A DNA stretch of 64,000 nt from Eledone cirrhosa (taxonomy: Eukaryota): NCBI GenBank assembly GCA_964016885.1, contig OZ024744.1:121272001-121336000 (forward strand), in the 5' to 3' direction. The first letter of the stretch is position 1. Each line of letters opens with the position of its first letter. Below, piece after piece: positions 1 to 11,945 of this stretch. Below the pieces are notes generated by a model, which did not search any database, was not told the DNA's origin, and saw only the letters and a list, made by a program, of their open reading frames with translations. The translations under genes and the position numbers were made by a program.

Positions 1-191
1 AATGTGAATGGGTGAGAGGAACAGAGGTAGTGATGGATGTTGTGAAGAGAGATAGTGTGAGATGGTTGGGTCATGTGTTGAGGAAGGTTGAATGTGAATG
101 GGTGAGAGGAACAGAGGTAGTGATGGATGTTGCGAAGAGAGATAGTGTGAGATGGTTGGGTCATGTGTTGAGGAAGGATAAAAGTGACTGG

Positions 192-281
192 GTGAGAGGA
201 ATAGAGGTAGTGATGGATGTTGCGAAGAGAGATAGTGTGAGATGGTTGGGTCATGTGTTGAGGAAGGATAAAAGTGACTGG
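192..281 (+). mobile_element. Representative monomer: 90-bp fragment probably derived from ORF2 (post-RT region) of an RTE-clade non-LTR retrotransposon; not an intact element
   Basis: Translation VRGIEVVMDVAKRDSVRWLGHVLRKDKSDW resembles the recalled pattern G[IV]xx[IV]xxx[IV][KR]xxRLRW[FLY]GHVxRxxxxxW[VI][KR] of RTE-type LINE ORF2. Array variants RDRVRW, RDSLRW and RWFGHV are closer to that motif. No APE or RT core sequence is present. No search was run. Confidence 0.7.
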
Positions 282-3199
282 GTGAGAGGAATAGAGGTTG
301 TGATGGATGTTGTGAAGAGAGATAGTGTGAGATGGTTGGGTCATGTGTTGAGGAAGTATGAAAGTGACTGGGTGAGAGGAATAGAGGTACTGATAGATGT
401 TGTGAAGACAGATAGTGTGAGATGGTTGGGTCATGTGTTGAGGAAGGATAAAAGTGACTGGGTTAGAGGAATAGAGGTGGAGATGGATGTTGTGAAGAGA
501 GATAGTGTGAGATGGTTGGGTCATGTGTTGAGGAAGGATAAAAGTGACTGGGTGAGAGGAATAGAGGTTTTGATGGATGTTGTGAAGAGAGATAGTGTGA
601 GATGGTTAGCTAATGTGTTGAGGAAGGATAAAAGTGACTGGGTGAGAGGAATAGAGGTTGTGATGGATGTTGTGAAGAGAGATAGTGTGAGATGGTTGGG
701 TCATGTGTTGAGGAAGTATGAAAGTGACTGGGTGAGAGGAATAGAGGTACTGATAGATGTTGTGAAGACAGATAGTGTGAGATGGTTGGGTCATGTGTTG
801 AGGAAGGATAAAAGTGACTGGGTGAGAGGAATAGAGGTTGTGATGGATGTTGTGAAGCAAGATAGTGTGAGATGGTTGGGTCATGTGTTGAGGAATTATG
901 AAAGTGACTGGGTGAGAGGAATAGAGGTAGTGATAGATGTTGTGAAGACAGATAGTGTGAGATGGTTGTGTCATGTGTTGAGGAAGTATGAAAGTGACTG
1001 GGTGAGAGGAATAGAGGTAGTGATGGATGTTGTGAAGAGAGATAGTGTGAGATGGTTGGGTCATGTGTTGAGGAAGGATAAAAGTGACTGGGTGAGAGGA
1101 ATAGTGGTAGTGATGGATGTTGTAAAGGGAGATAGTGTGAGATAGTTGGGTCATGTGTTGAGGAAGTATAAAAGTGACTGGGTGAGAGGAATAGAGGTAG
1201 TGATGGATGTTGTGAAGAGAGATAGTGTGAGATGGTTGGGTCCTGTGTTGAGGAAGGATGAAAGTGACTGGGTGACAAGAACAGAGGTAGTGATGGATGT
1301 TGTGAAGAGAGATAGTGTGAGATGGTTGGATCATGTGTTGAAGAAGGTTAAAAGTGACTGGGTGAGTGGAATAGAGGTAGTAATGAATGTTGTGAAGAGA
1401 GATAGTGTGGGACGGTTGGGTCATGTGTTGAGGAAGGATAAAAGTGACTGGGTGAGAGGAATAGAGGTAGTGATGGATGTTGTGAAGAGAGATAGTGTGA
1501 GATGGTTGGGTCATGTGTTGAGGAAGGTTGAATGTGAATGGGTGAGAGGAACAGAGGTAGTGATGGATGTTGTGAAGAGAGATAGTGTGAGATGGTTGGG
1601 TCATGTGTTGAGGAAGGTTGAATGTGAATGGGTGAGAGGAACAGAGGTAGTGATGGATGTTGCGAAGAGAGATAGTGTGAGATGGTTGGGTCATGTGTTG
1701 AGGAAGGATAAAAGTGACTGGGTGAGAGGAATAGAGGTAGTGATGGATGTTGCGAAGAGAGATAGTGTGAGATGGTTGGGTCATGTGTTGAGGAAGGATA
1801 AAAGTGACTGGGTGAGAGGAATAGAGGTTTTGATGGATGTTGTGAAGAGAGATAGTGTGAGATGGTTAGCTAATGTGTTGAGGAAGGATAAAAGTGACTG
1901 GGTGAGAGGAATAGAGGTTGTGATGGATGTTGTGAAGAGAGATAGTGTGAGATGGTTGGGTCATGTGTTGAGGAAGTATGAAAGTGACTGGGTGAGAGGA
2001 ATAGAGGTACTGATAGATGTTGTGAAGACAGATAGTGTGAGATGGTTGGGTCATGTGTTGAGGAAGGATAAAAGTGACTGGGTTAGAGGAATAGAGGTGG
2101 AGATGGATGTTGTGAAGAGAGATAGTGTGAGATGGTTGGGTCATGTGTTGTTGAAGTATAAAAGTGACTGGGTGAGGGAATAGAGGTAGTGATGGATGAT
2201 GTGAAGAGAGATAGGGTGAGATGGTTAGGTCATGTGTTGAGGAGGGATAAAATTGATTGGGTGAGAGGAATAGAGGTAGTTATGGATGTTGTGAAGAGAG
2301 ATAGTGTGAGATGGTTGGGTCATGTGTTGAGGAAGGATAAAAGTGAGTGGGTGAGAGGAATAGAGGTAGTGATGGATGTTGTGAAGACAGATAGTGTGAG
2401 ATGGTTGGGTCATGTGTTGAGGAAGGTTGAATGTGAATGGGTGAGAAGAATAGAGGTTTTGATGGATGTTGTGAAGAGAGATAGTGTGAGATGGTTGGGT
2501 CATGTGTTGAGGAAGTATGAAAGTGACTGGGTGAGAGGAATAGAGGTAGTGATAGATGTTGTGAAGACAGATAGTGTGAGATGGTTGTGTCATGTGTTGA
2601 GGAAGTATGAAAGTGACTGGGTGAGAGGAATAGAGGTAGTGATGGATGTTGTGAAGAGAGATAGTGTGAGATGGTTGGGTCATGTGTTGAGGAAGGATAA
2701 AAGAGACTGGGTGAGAGGAATAGAGGTAGTGATGGATGTTGTAATGGTAGATAGTGTGAGATGGTTGGGTCATGTGTTGAGGAAGGTTAAAAGTGACTGG
2801 GTGAGTGGAATAGAGGTAGTGATGGATGTTGTAAAGAGAGATAGTGTGGGATGGTAGGGTCATGTGTTGAGGAAGTATGAAAGTGACTGGGTGAGAGGAA
2901 TCAGAGGTAGTGATGGATGTTGTGAAGAGAGATAGTGTGAGATGGTTGGGTCATGTGTTGAGGAAGGATAAAACTGACTGGGTGAGAGGAATAGAGGTAG
3001 TGATGGATGTTGTGAAGAGAGATAGTGTGAGATGGTTGGGTCATGTGTTAAGGAAGGATAAAAGTGGCTGGGTGAGAGGAATAGAGGTAGTGATGCATGT
3101 TGTGAAGAGAGATAGTGTGAGATGGTTGGGTCATGTGTTAAGGAAGTATGAATGTGACTGGGTGAGAGGAATAGAGGTAGTTATGGATGTTGTGAAGAG

Positions 3200-6100
3200 A
3201 GATAGTGTGAGATGGTTAGATCATGTGTTGAGGAAGGATAAAAGTGACTGGGTGAGAGGAATAGAGGTAGTGATGGATGTTGTGAAGAGAGATGGTGTGA
3301 GATGGTTGGGTCATGTTTTGAGGAAGGATAAAAATGACTGGGTGAGAGGAATAGAGGTAGTGATGGATGTTGTGAAGAGAGATAGTGTGAGATGGTTGGG
3401 TCATGTGTTGAGGAAGGATAAAACTGACTGGGTGAGAGGAATAGAGGTAGTAACGGATGTTGTGAAGAGAGATAGTGTGAGATGGTTGGGTCATGTGTTG
3501 AGGAAGGATAAAAGTGACTCGGTGAGAGGAATAGAGGTAGTGATGGATGTTGTGAAGAGAGATAGTGTGAGATGTTTGGGTCATGTGTTGAGGAAGGATA
3601 AAAGTGACTGGGTGAGAGGAATAGAGGTAGTGCTGGATGTTGTAAAGAGAGATAGTGTGAGATGGTTGGGTCATGTGTTGAGGAAGTATAAAAGTGACTG
3701 GGTCAGAGGAACAGCGGTAGTGATGGATGTTGTGAAGAGAGATAGTGTGAGATGGTTGGGTCCTGTGTTGAGGAAGGATGAAAGTGACTGGGTGAGAGGA
3801 ACAGCGGTAGTGATGGATGTTGTGAAGAGAGATAGTGTGAGATGGTTGGGTCATGTGTTGAAGAAGGTTAAAAGTGACTGGGTGAGTGGAATAGAGGTAG
3901 TGATGAATGTTGTGAAGAGAGATAGTGTGGGACGGTTGGGTCATGTGTTGAGGAAGTATGAAAGTGACTGGGTAGAGAGGAATCAGAGGTAGTGATGGAT
4001 GTTGTGAAGAGAGATAGTGTGGGACGGTTGGGTCATGTGTTAAGGAGGGATAAAATTGATTGGGTGAGAGGAATAGAGGTAGTCATGGATGTTGTGAAGA
4101 GAGTTAGTGTGAGATGGTTGGGTCATGTGTTGAGGAAGGATAAAAGTGACTGGGTGAGAGGAATAGAGGTAGTGATGGATGTTGTGAAGAGAGATAGTGT
4201 GAGATGGTTGGGTCATGTGTTGAGGAAGGATAAAAGTGAGTGGGTGAGAGGAATAGAGGTAGTGATGGATGTTGTGAAGAGAGATAGTGTGAGATGGTTG
4301 GTTCATGTGTTGAGGAAGGATAAAAGTGAGTGGGTGAGAGGAATAGAGGTAGTGATGGATGTTGTGAAGAGAGATAGTGTGAGATGGTTGGGTCATGTGT
4401 TGAGGAAGGTTGAATGTGAATGGGTGAGAGGAACAGAGGTAGTGATGGATGTTGCGAAGAGAGATAGTGTGAGATGGTTGGGTCATGTGTTGAGGAAGGA
4501 TAAAAGTGACTGTGTGAGAGGAATAGAGGTTTTGATGGATGTTGTGAAGAGAGATAGTGTGAGATGGTTGGGTCATGTGTTGAGGAAGGATAAAAGTGAC
4601 TGGGTGAGAGGAATAGAGGTAGTGATGGATGTTGCGAAGAGAGATAGTGTGAGATGGTTGGGTCATGTTTTGAGGAAGGATAAAATTGAGTGGGTGAGAG
4701 GAATAGAGGTAGTGATGGATGTTGTGAAGACAGATAGTGTGAGATGGTTGGGTCATGTGTTGAGGAAGGTTGAATGTGAATGGGTGAGAAGAATAGAGGT
4801 TTTGATGGATGTTGTGAAGAGAGATAGTGTGAGATGGTTAGCTCATGTGTTGAGGAAGGATAAAAGTGACTGGGTGTGAGGAATAGAGGTTGTGATGGAT
4901 GTTGTGAAGCGAGATAGTGTGAGATGGTTGGGTCATGTGTTGAGGAAGGATGAAAGTGACTGGGTGAGAGGAACAGTGGTAGTGATGGATGTTGTGAAGA
5001 GAGATAGTGTGAGATGGTTGGGTCATGTGTTGAAGAAGGTTAAAAGTGACTGGGTGAGTGGAATAGAGGTAGTGATGAATGTTGTGAAGAGAGATAGTGT
5101 GGGACGGTTGGGTCATGTGTTGAGGAAGTATGAAAGTGACTGGGTACAGAGGAATCAGAGGTAGTGATGGATGTTTTGAAGAGAGATAGTGTGGGACGGT
5201 TGGGTCATGTGTTGAGGAGGGATAAAATTGATTGGGTGAGAGGAATAGAGATAGTGATGGATGTTGTGAAGAGAGATAGTGTGAGATGGTTGGGTCACGT
5301 GTTGAGGAAGGATAAAAGTGACTGGGTGAGAGGAATAGAGGTAGTGATGGATGTTGTGAAGAGAGATAGTGTGAGATGGTTGGGTCATGTGTTGAGGAAG
5401 GATAAAAGTGAGTGGGTGAGAGGAATAGAGGTAGTGATGGATGTTGTGAAGAGAGATAGTGTGAGATGGTTGGTTCATGTGTTGAGGAAGGATAAAAGTG
5501 AGTGGGTGAGAGGAATAGAGGTAGTGATGGATGTTGTGAAGAGAGATAGTGTGAGATGATTGGGTCATGTGTTGAGGAAGGTTGAATGTGAATGGGTGAG
5601 AGGAACAGAGGTAGTGATGGATGTTGCGAAGAGAGATAGTGTGAGATGGTTGGGTCATGTGTTGAGGAAGGATAAAAGTGACTGTGTGAGAGGAATAGAG
5701 GTTTTGATGGATGTTGTGAAGAGAGATAGTGTGAGATGGTTGGGTCATGTGTTGAGGAAGGATAAAAGTGACTGGGTGAGAGGAATAGAGGTAGTGATGG
5801 ATGTTGCGAAGAGAGATAGTGTGAGATGGTTGGGTCATGTGTTGAGGAAGGATAAAAGTGAGTGGGTGAGAGGAATAGAGGTAGTGATGGATGTTGTGAA
5901 GACAGATAGTGTGAGATGGTTGGGTCATGTGTTGAGGAAGGTTGAATGTGAATGGGTGAGAAGAATAGAGGTTTTGATGGATGTTGTGAAGAGAGATAGT
6001 GTGAGATGGTTAGCTCATGTGTTGAGGAAGGATAAAAGTGACTGGGTGAGAGGAATAGAGGTAGTGATGGATGTTGTGAAGAGAGATAGTGTGAGATGGT

Positions 6101-7540
6101 TAGATCATGTGTTGAGGAAGGATAAAAGTGACTGGGTGAGAGGAATAGAGGTATTGATGGATGTTGTGAAGAGAGATGGTGTGAGATGGTTGGGTCATGT
6201 GTTGAGGAAGGATAAAACTGACTGGGTGAGAGGAATAGAGGTAGTAACGGATGTTGTGAAGAGAGATAGTGTGAGATGGTTGGGTCATGTGTTGAGGAAG
6301 GATAAAAGTGACTCGGTGAGAGGAATAGAGGTAGTGATGGATGTTGTGAAGAGAGATAGTGTGAGATGTTTGGGTCATGTGTTGAGGAAGGATAAAAGTG
6401 ACTGGGTGAGAGGAATAGAGGTAGTGCTGGATGTTGTAAAGAGAGATAGTGTGAGATGGTTGGGTCATGTGTTGAGGAAGTATAAAAGTGACTGGGTCAG
6501 AGCAACAGAGGTAGTGATGGATGTTGTGAAGAGAGATAGTGTGAGATGGTTGGGTCCTGTGTTGAGGAAGGATGAAAGTGACTGGGTGAGAGGAACAGCG
6601 GTAGTGATGGATGTTGTGAAGAGAGATAGTGTGAGATGGTTGGGTCATGTGTTGAAGAAGGTTAAAAGTGACTGGGTGAGTGGAATAGAGGTAGTGATGA
6701 ATGTTGTGAAGAGAGATAGTGTGGGACGGTTGGGTCATGTGTTGAGGAAGTATGAAAGTGACTGGGTAGAGAGGAATCAGAGGTAGTGATGGATGTTGTG
6801 AAGAGAGATAGTGTGGGACGGTTGGGTCATGTGTTAAGGAGGGATAAAATTGATTGGGTGAGAGGAATAGAGGTAGTGATGGATGTTGTGAAGAGAGTTA
6901 GTGTGAGATGGTTGGGTCATGTGTTGAGGAAGGATAAAAGTGACTGGGTGAGAGGAATAGAGGTAGTGATGGATGTTGTGAAGAGAGATAGTGTGAGATG
7001 GTTGGGTCATGTGTTGAGGAAGGATAAAAGTGAGTGGGTGAGAGGAATAGAGGTAGTGATGGATGTTGTGAAGAGAGATAGTGTGAGATGGTTGGTTCAT
7101 GTGTTGAGGAAGGATAAAAGTGAGTGGGTTAGAGGAATAGAGGTAGTGATGGATGTTGTGAAGAGAGATAGTGTGAGATGGTTGGGTCATGTGTTGAGGA
7201 AGGATAAAAGTGACTGGGTGAGAGGAATAGAGGTAGTGATGGATGTTGCGAAGAGAGATAGTGTGAGATGGTTGGGTCATGTGTTGAGGAAGGATAAAAG
7301 TGAGTGGGTGAGAGGAATAGAGGTAGTGATGGATGTTGTGAAGACAGATAGTGTGAGATGGTTGGGTCATGTGTTGAGGAAGGTTGAATGTGAATGGGTG
7401 AGAAGAATAGAGGTTTTCATGGATGTTGTGAAGAGAGATAGTGTGAGATGGTTAGCTCATGTGTTGAGGAAGGATAAAAGTGACTGGGTGTGAGGAATAG
7501 AGGTTGTGATGGATGTTGTGAAGCGAGATAGTGTGAGATG
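3200..7540 (+). repeat. Higher-order duplications with periods of about 2794 bp (31 monomers) and 1172 bp (13 monomers)
   Basis: The doubly inserted monomer GGGTA(G/C)AGAGGAATCAGAGG occurs at about 3970, 5142 and 6764. ORF starts 3992, 5164 and 6786 give offsets of 1172 and 2794. The rare variants GAGAGTTAGT (about 4100 and 6894) and GGGTCAGAG (about 3700 and 6494) are 2794 apart. Confidence 0.8.
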
Positions 7541-10500
7541 GTTGGGTCATGTGTTGAGGAAGTATGAAAGTGACTGGGAGAGAGGAATAGAGGTAGTGAT
7601 AGATGTTGTGAAGACAGATAGTGTGAGATGTTTGTGTCATGTGTTGAGGAAGTATGAAAGTGACTGGGTGAGAGGAATAGAGGTAGTGATGGATGTTGTG
7701 AAGAGAGATAGTGTGAGATGGTTGGGTCATGTGTTGAGGAAGGATTAAAGTGACTGGGTGAGAGCAATAGAGGTAGTGATGGATGTTGTGAAGAAAGATA
7801 GTGTGAGATGGTTGGGTCATGTGTTGAGGAAGGATAAAAGAGACTGGGTGAGAGGAATAGAGGTAGTGATGGATGTTGTAATGGTAGATAGTGTGAGATG
7901 GTTGGGTCATGTGTTGAGGAAGGTTAAAAGTGACTGGGTGAGTGGAATAGAGGTAGTGATGGATGTTGTGAAGAGAGATAGTGTGGGACGGTAGGGTCTT
8001 GTGTTGAGGAAGTATGAAAGTGACTGGGTGAGAGGAATCAGAGGTAGTGATGGATGTTGTGAAGAGAGATAGTGTGAGATGGTTAGGTCATGTGTTGAGG
8101 AAGGATAAAAGTGACTGGGTGAGAGGAATAGAGGTAGTGATGGATGTTGTGAAGAGAGATGGTGTGAGATGGTTGGGTCATGTTTTGATGAAGGATAAAA
8201 GTGACTGGGTGAGAGGAATAGAGGTAGTGATGGATGTTGTGAAGAGAGATAGTGTGAGATGTTTGGGTCATGTGTTGAGGAAGGATAAAAGTGACTGGGT
8301 GAGAGGAATAGAGGTAGTAACGGATGTTGTGAAGAGAGATAGTGTGAGATGGTTGGGTCATGTGTTGAGGAAGGATAAAAGTGACTCGGTCAGAGGAATA
8401 GAGGTAGTGATGGATGTTGTGAAGAGAGATAGTGTGAGATGGTTGGGACATGTGTTGAGGAAGGATAAAAGTGACTGGGTGAGAGGAATAGAGGTAGTGC
8501 TGGATGTTGTAAAGGGAGATAGTGTGAGATGGTTGGGTCATGTGTTGAGGAAGTATAAAAGTGACTGGGTGAGAGGAATAGAGGTAGTGATGGATGTTGT
8601 GAAGAGAGATAGTGTGAGATGGTTGGGTCCTGTGTTGAGGAAGGATGAAAGTGACTGGGTGAGAGGAACAGCGGTAGTGATGGATGTTGTGAAGAGAGAT
8701 AGTGTGAGATGGTTGGGTCATGTGTTGAAGAAGGTTAAAAGTGACTGGGTGAGTGGAATAGAGGTAGTGATGAATGTTGTGAAGAGAGATAGTGTGGGAC
8801 GGTTGGGTCATGTTTTGAGGAAGTATGAAAGTGACTGGGTGAGAGGAATCAGAGGTAGTGATGGATGTTGTGAAGAGAGATAGTGTGGGACGGTTGGGTC
8901 ATGTGTTGAGGAGGGATAAAATTGATTGGGTGAGAGGAATAGAGGTAGTGATGGATGTTGTGAAGAGAGATAGTGTGAGATGGTTGGGTCATGTGTTGAG
9001 GAAGGATAAAAGTGACTGGGTGAGAGGAATAGAGGTAGTGATGGATGTTGTGAAGAGAGATAGTGTGAGATGGTTGGGTCATGTGTTGAGGAAGGATAAA
9101 AGTGAGTGGGTGAGAGGAATAGAGGTAGTGATTGATGTTGTGAAGAGAGATAGTGTGAGATGGTTGGTTCATGTGTTGAGGAAGTATAAAAGTGAATGGG
9201 TGAGAGGAATAGAGGTAGTGATGGATGTTGTGAAGAGAGATAGTGTGAGATGGTTGGGTCATGTGTTGAGGAAGGTTGAATGTGAATGGGTGAGAGGAAC
9301 AGAGGTCGTGATGGATGTTGCGAAGAGAGATAGTGTGAGATGGTTGGGTCATGTGTTGAGGAAGGATAAAAGTGACTGTGTGAGAGGAATAGAGGTTTTG
9401 ATGGATGTTGTGAAGAGAGATAGTGTGAGATGGTTGGGTCATGTGTTGAGGAAGGATAAAAGTGACTGGGTGAGAGGAATAGAGGTAGTGATGGATGTTG
9501 CGAAGAGAGATAGTGTGAGAGGGTTGGGTCATGTGTTGAGGAAGGATAAAAGTGACTTGGTGAGAGGAATAGAGGTTTTGATGGATGTTGTGAAGAGAGA
9601 TAGTGTGATATGGTTAGCTAATGTGTTGAGGAAGGATAAAAGTGACTGGGTGAGAGGAATAGAGGTTGTGATGGATGTTGTGAAGAGAGATAGTGTGAGA
9701 TGGTTAGCTCATGTGTTGAGGAAGGATAAAAGTGACTGGGTGTGAGGAATAGAGGTTGTGATGGATGTTGTGAAGCGAGATAGTGTGAGATGGTTGGGTC
9801 ATGTGTTGAGGAAGTATGAAAGTGACTGGGAGAGAGGAATAGAGGTAGTGATAGATGTTGTGAAGACAGATAGTGTGAGATGTTTGTGTCATGTGTTGAG
9901 GAAGTATGAAAGTGACTGGGTGAGAGGAATAGAGGTAGTGATGGATGTTGTGAAGAGAGATAGTGTGAGATGGTTGGGTCATGTGTTGAGGAAGGATTAA
10001 AGTGACTGGGTGAGAGCAATAGAGGTAGTGATGGATGTTGTGAAGAGAGATAGTGTGAGATGGTTGGGTCATGTGTTGAGGAAGGATAAAAGAGACTGGG
10101 TGAGAGGAATAGAGGTAGTGATGGATGTTGTAATGGTAGATAGTGTGAGATGGTTGGGTCATGTGTTGAGGAAGGTTAAAAGTGACTGGGTGAGTGGAAT
10201 AGAGGTAGTGATGGATGTTGTGAAGAGAGATAGTGTGGGACGGTAGGGTCTTGTGTTGAGGAAGTATGAAAGTGACTGGGTGAGAGGAATCAGAGGTAGT
10301 GATGGATGTTGTGAAGAGAGATAGTGTGAGATGGTTAGGTCATGTGTTGAGGAAGGATAAAAGTGACTGGGTGAGAGGAATAGAGGTAGTGATGGATGTT
10401 GTGAAGAGAGATGGTGTGAGATGGTTGGGTCATGTTTTGATGAAGGATAAAAGTGACTGGGTGAGAGGAATAGAGGTAGTGATGGATGTTGTGGAGAGAG

Positions 10501-11945
10501 ATAGTGTGAGATGGTTGGGTCATGTGTTGAGGAAGGATAAAAGTGACTGGGTGAGAGGAATAGAGGTAGTAACGGATGTTGTGAAGAGAGATAGTGTGAG
10601 ATGGTTGGGTCATGTGTTGAGGAAGGATAAAAGTGACTCGGTCAGAGGAATAGAGGTAGTGATGGATGTTGTGAAGAGAGATAGTGTGAGATGGTTGGGA
10701 CATGTGTTGAGGAAGGATAAAAGTGACTGGGTGAGAGGAATAGAGGTAGTGCTGGATGTTGTAAAGGGAGATAGTGTGAGATGGTTGGGTCATGTGTTGA
10801 GGAAGTATAAAAGTGACTGGGTGAGAGGAATAGAGGTAGTGATGGATGTTGTGAAGAGAGATAGTGTGAGATGGTTGGGTCCTGTGTTGAGGAAGGATGA
10901 AAGTGACTGGGTGAGAGGAACAGCGGTAGTGATGGATGTTGTGAAGAGAGATAGTGTGAGATGGTTGGGTCATGTGTTGAAGAAGGTTAAAAGTGACTGG
11001 GTGAGTGGAATAGAGGTAGTGATGAATGTTGTGAAGAGAAATAGTGTGGGACGGTTGGGTCATGTTTTGAGGAAGTATGAAAGTGACTGGGTGAGAGGAA
11101 TCAGAGGTAGTGATGGATGTTGTGAAGAGAGATAGTGTGGGACGGTTGGGTCATGTGTTGAGGAGGGATAAAATTGATTGGGTGAGAGGAATAGAGGTAG
11201 TGATGGATGTTGTGAAGAGAGATAGTGTGAGATGGTTGGGTCATGTGTTGAGGAAGGATAAAAGTGACTGGGTGAGAGGAATAGAGGTAGTGATGGATGT
11301 TGTGAAGAGTGATAGTGTGAGATGGTTGGGTCATGTGTTGAGGAAGGATAAAAGTGAGTGGGTGAGAGGAATAGAGGTAGTGATTGATGTTGTGAAGAGA
11401 GATAGTGTGAGATGGTTGGTTCATGTGTTGAGGAAGTATAAAAGTGAATGGGTGAGAGGAATAGAGGTAGTGATGGATGTTGTGAAGAGAGATAGTGTGA
11501 GATGGTTGGGTCATGTGTTGAGGAAGGTTGAATGTGAATGGGTGAGAGGAACAGAGGTCGTGATGGATGTTGCGAAGAGAGATAGTGTGAGATGGTTGGG
11601 TCATGTGTTGAGGAAGGATAAAAGTGACTGTGTGAGAGGAATAGAGGTTTTGATGGATGTTGTGAAGAGAGATAGTGTGAGATGGTTGGGTCATGTGTTG
11701 AGGAAGGATAAAAGTGACTGGGTGAGAGGAATAGAGGTAGTGATGGATGTTGCGAAGAGAGATAGTGTGAGAGGGTTGGGTCATGTGTTGAGGAAGGATA
11801 AAAGTGACTGGGTGAGAGGAATAGAGGTTTTGATGGATGTTGTGAAGAGAGATAGTGTGATATGGTTAGCTAATGTGTTGAGGAAGGATAAAAGTGACTG
11901 GGTGAGAGGAATAGAGGTTGTGATGGATGTTGTGAAGAGAGATAG
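7430..11945 (+). repeat. Near-identical tandem duplication of a 25-monomer (2252-bp) higher-order unit
   Basis: ORF pairs 7506/9758, 7758/10010, 8047/10299 and 8858/11110 are all offset by 2252 (25x90+2). Shared rare variants include GTTTTGATGAAG, GGGACATG, TCGGTCAGAG and GTAGGGTCTTG. Confidence 0.92.
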
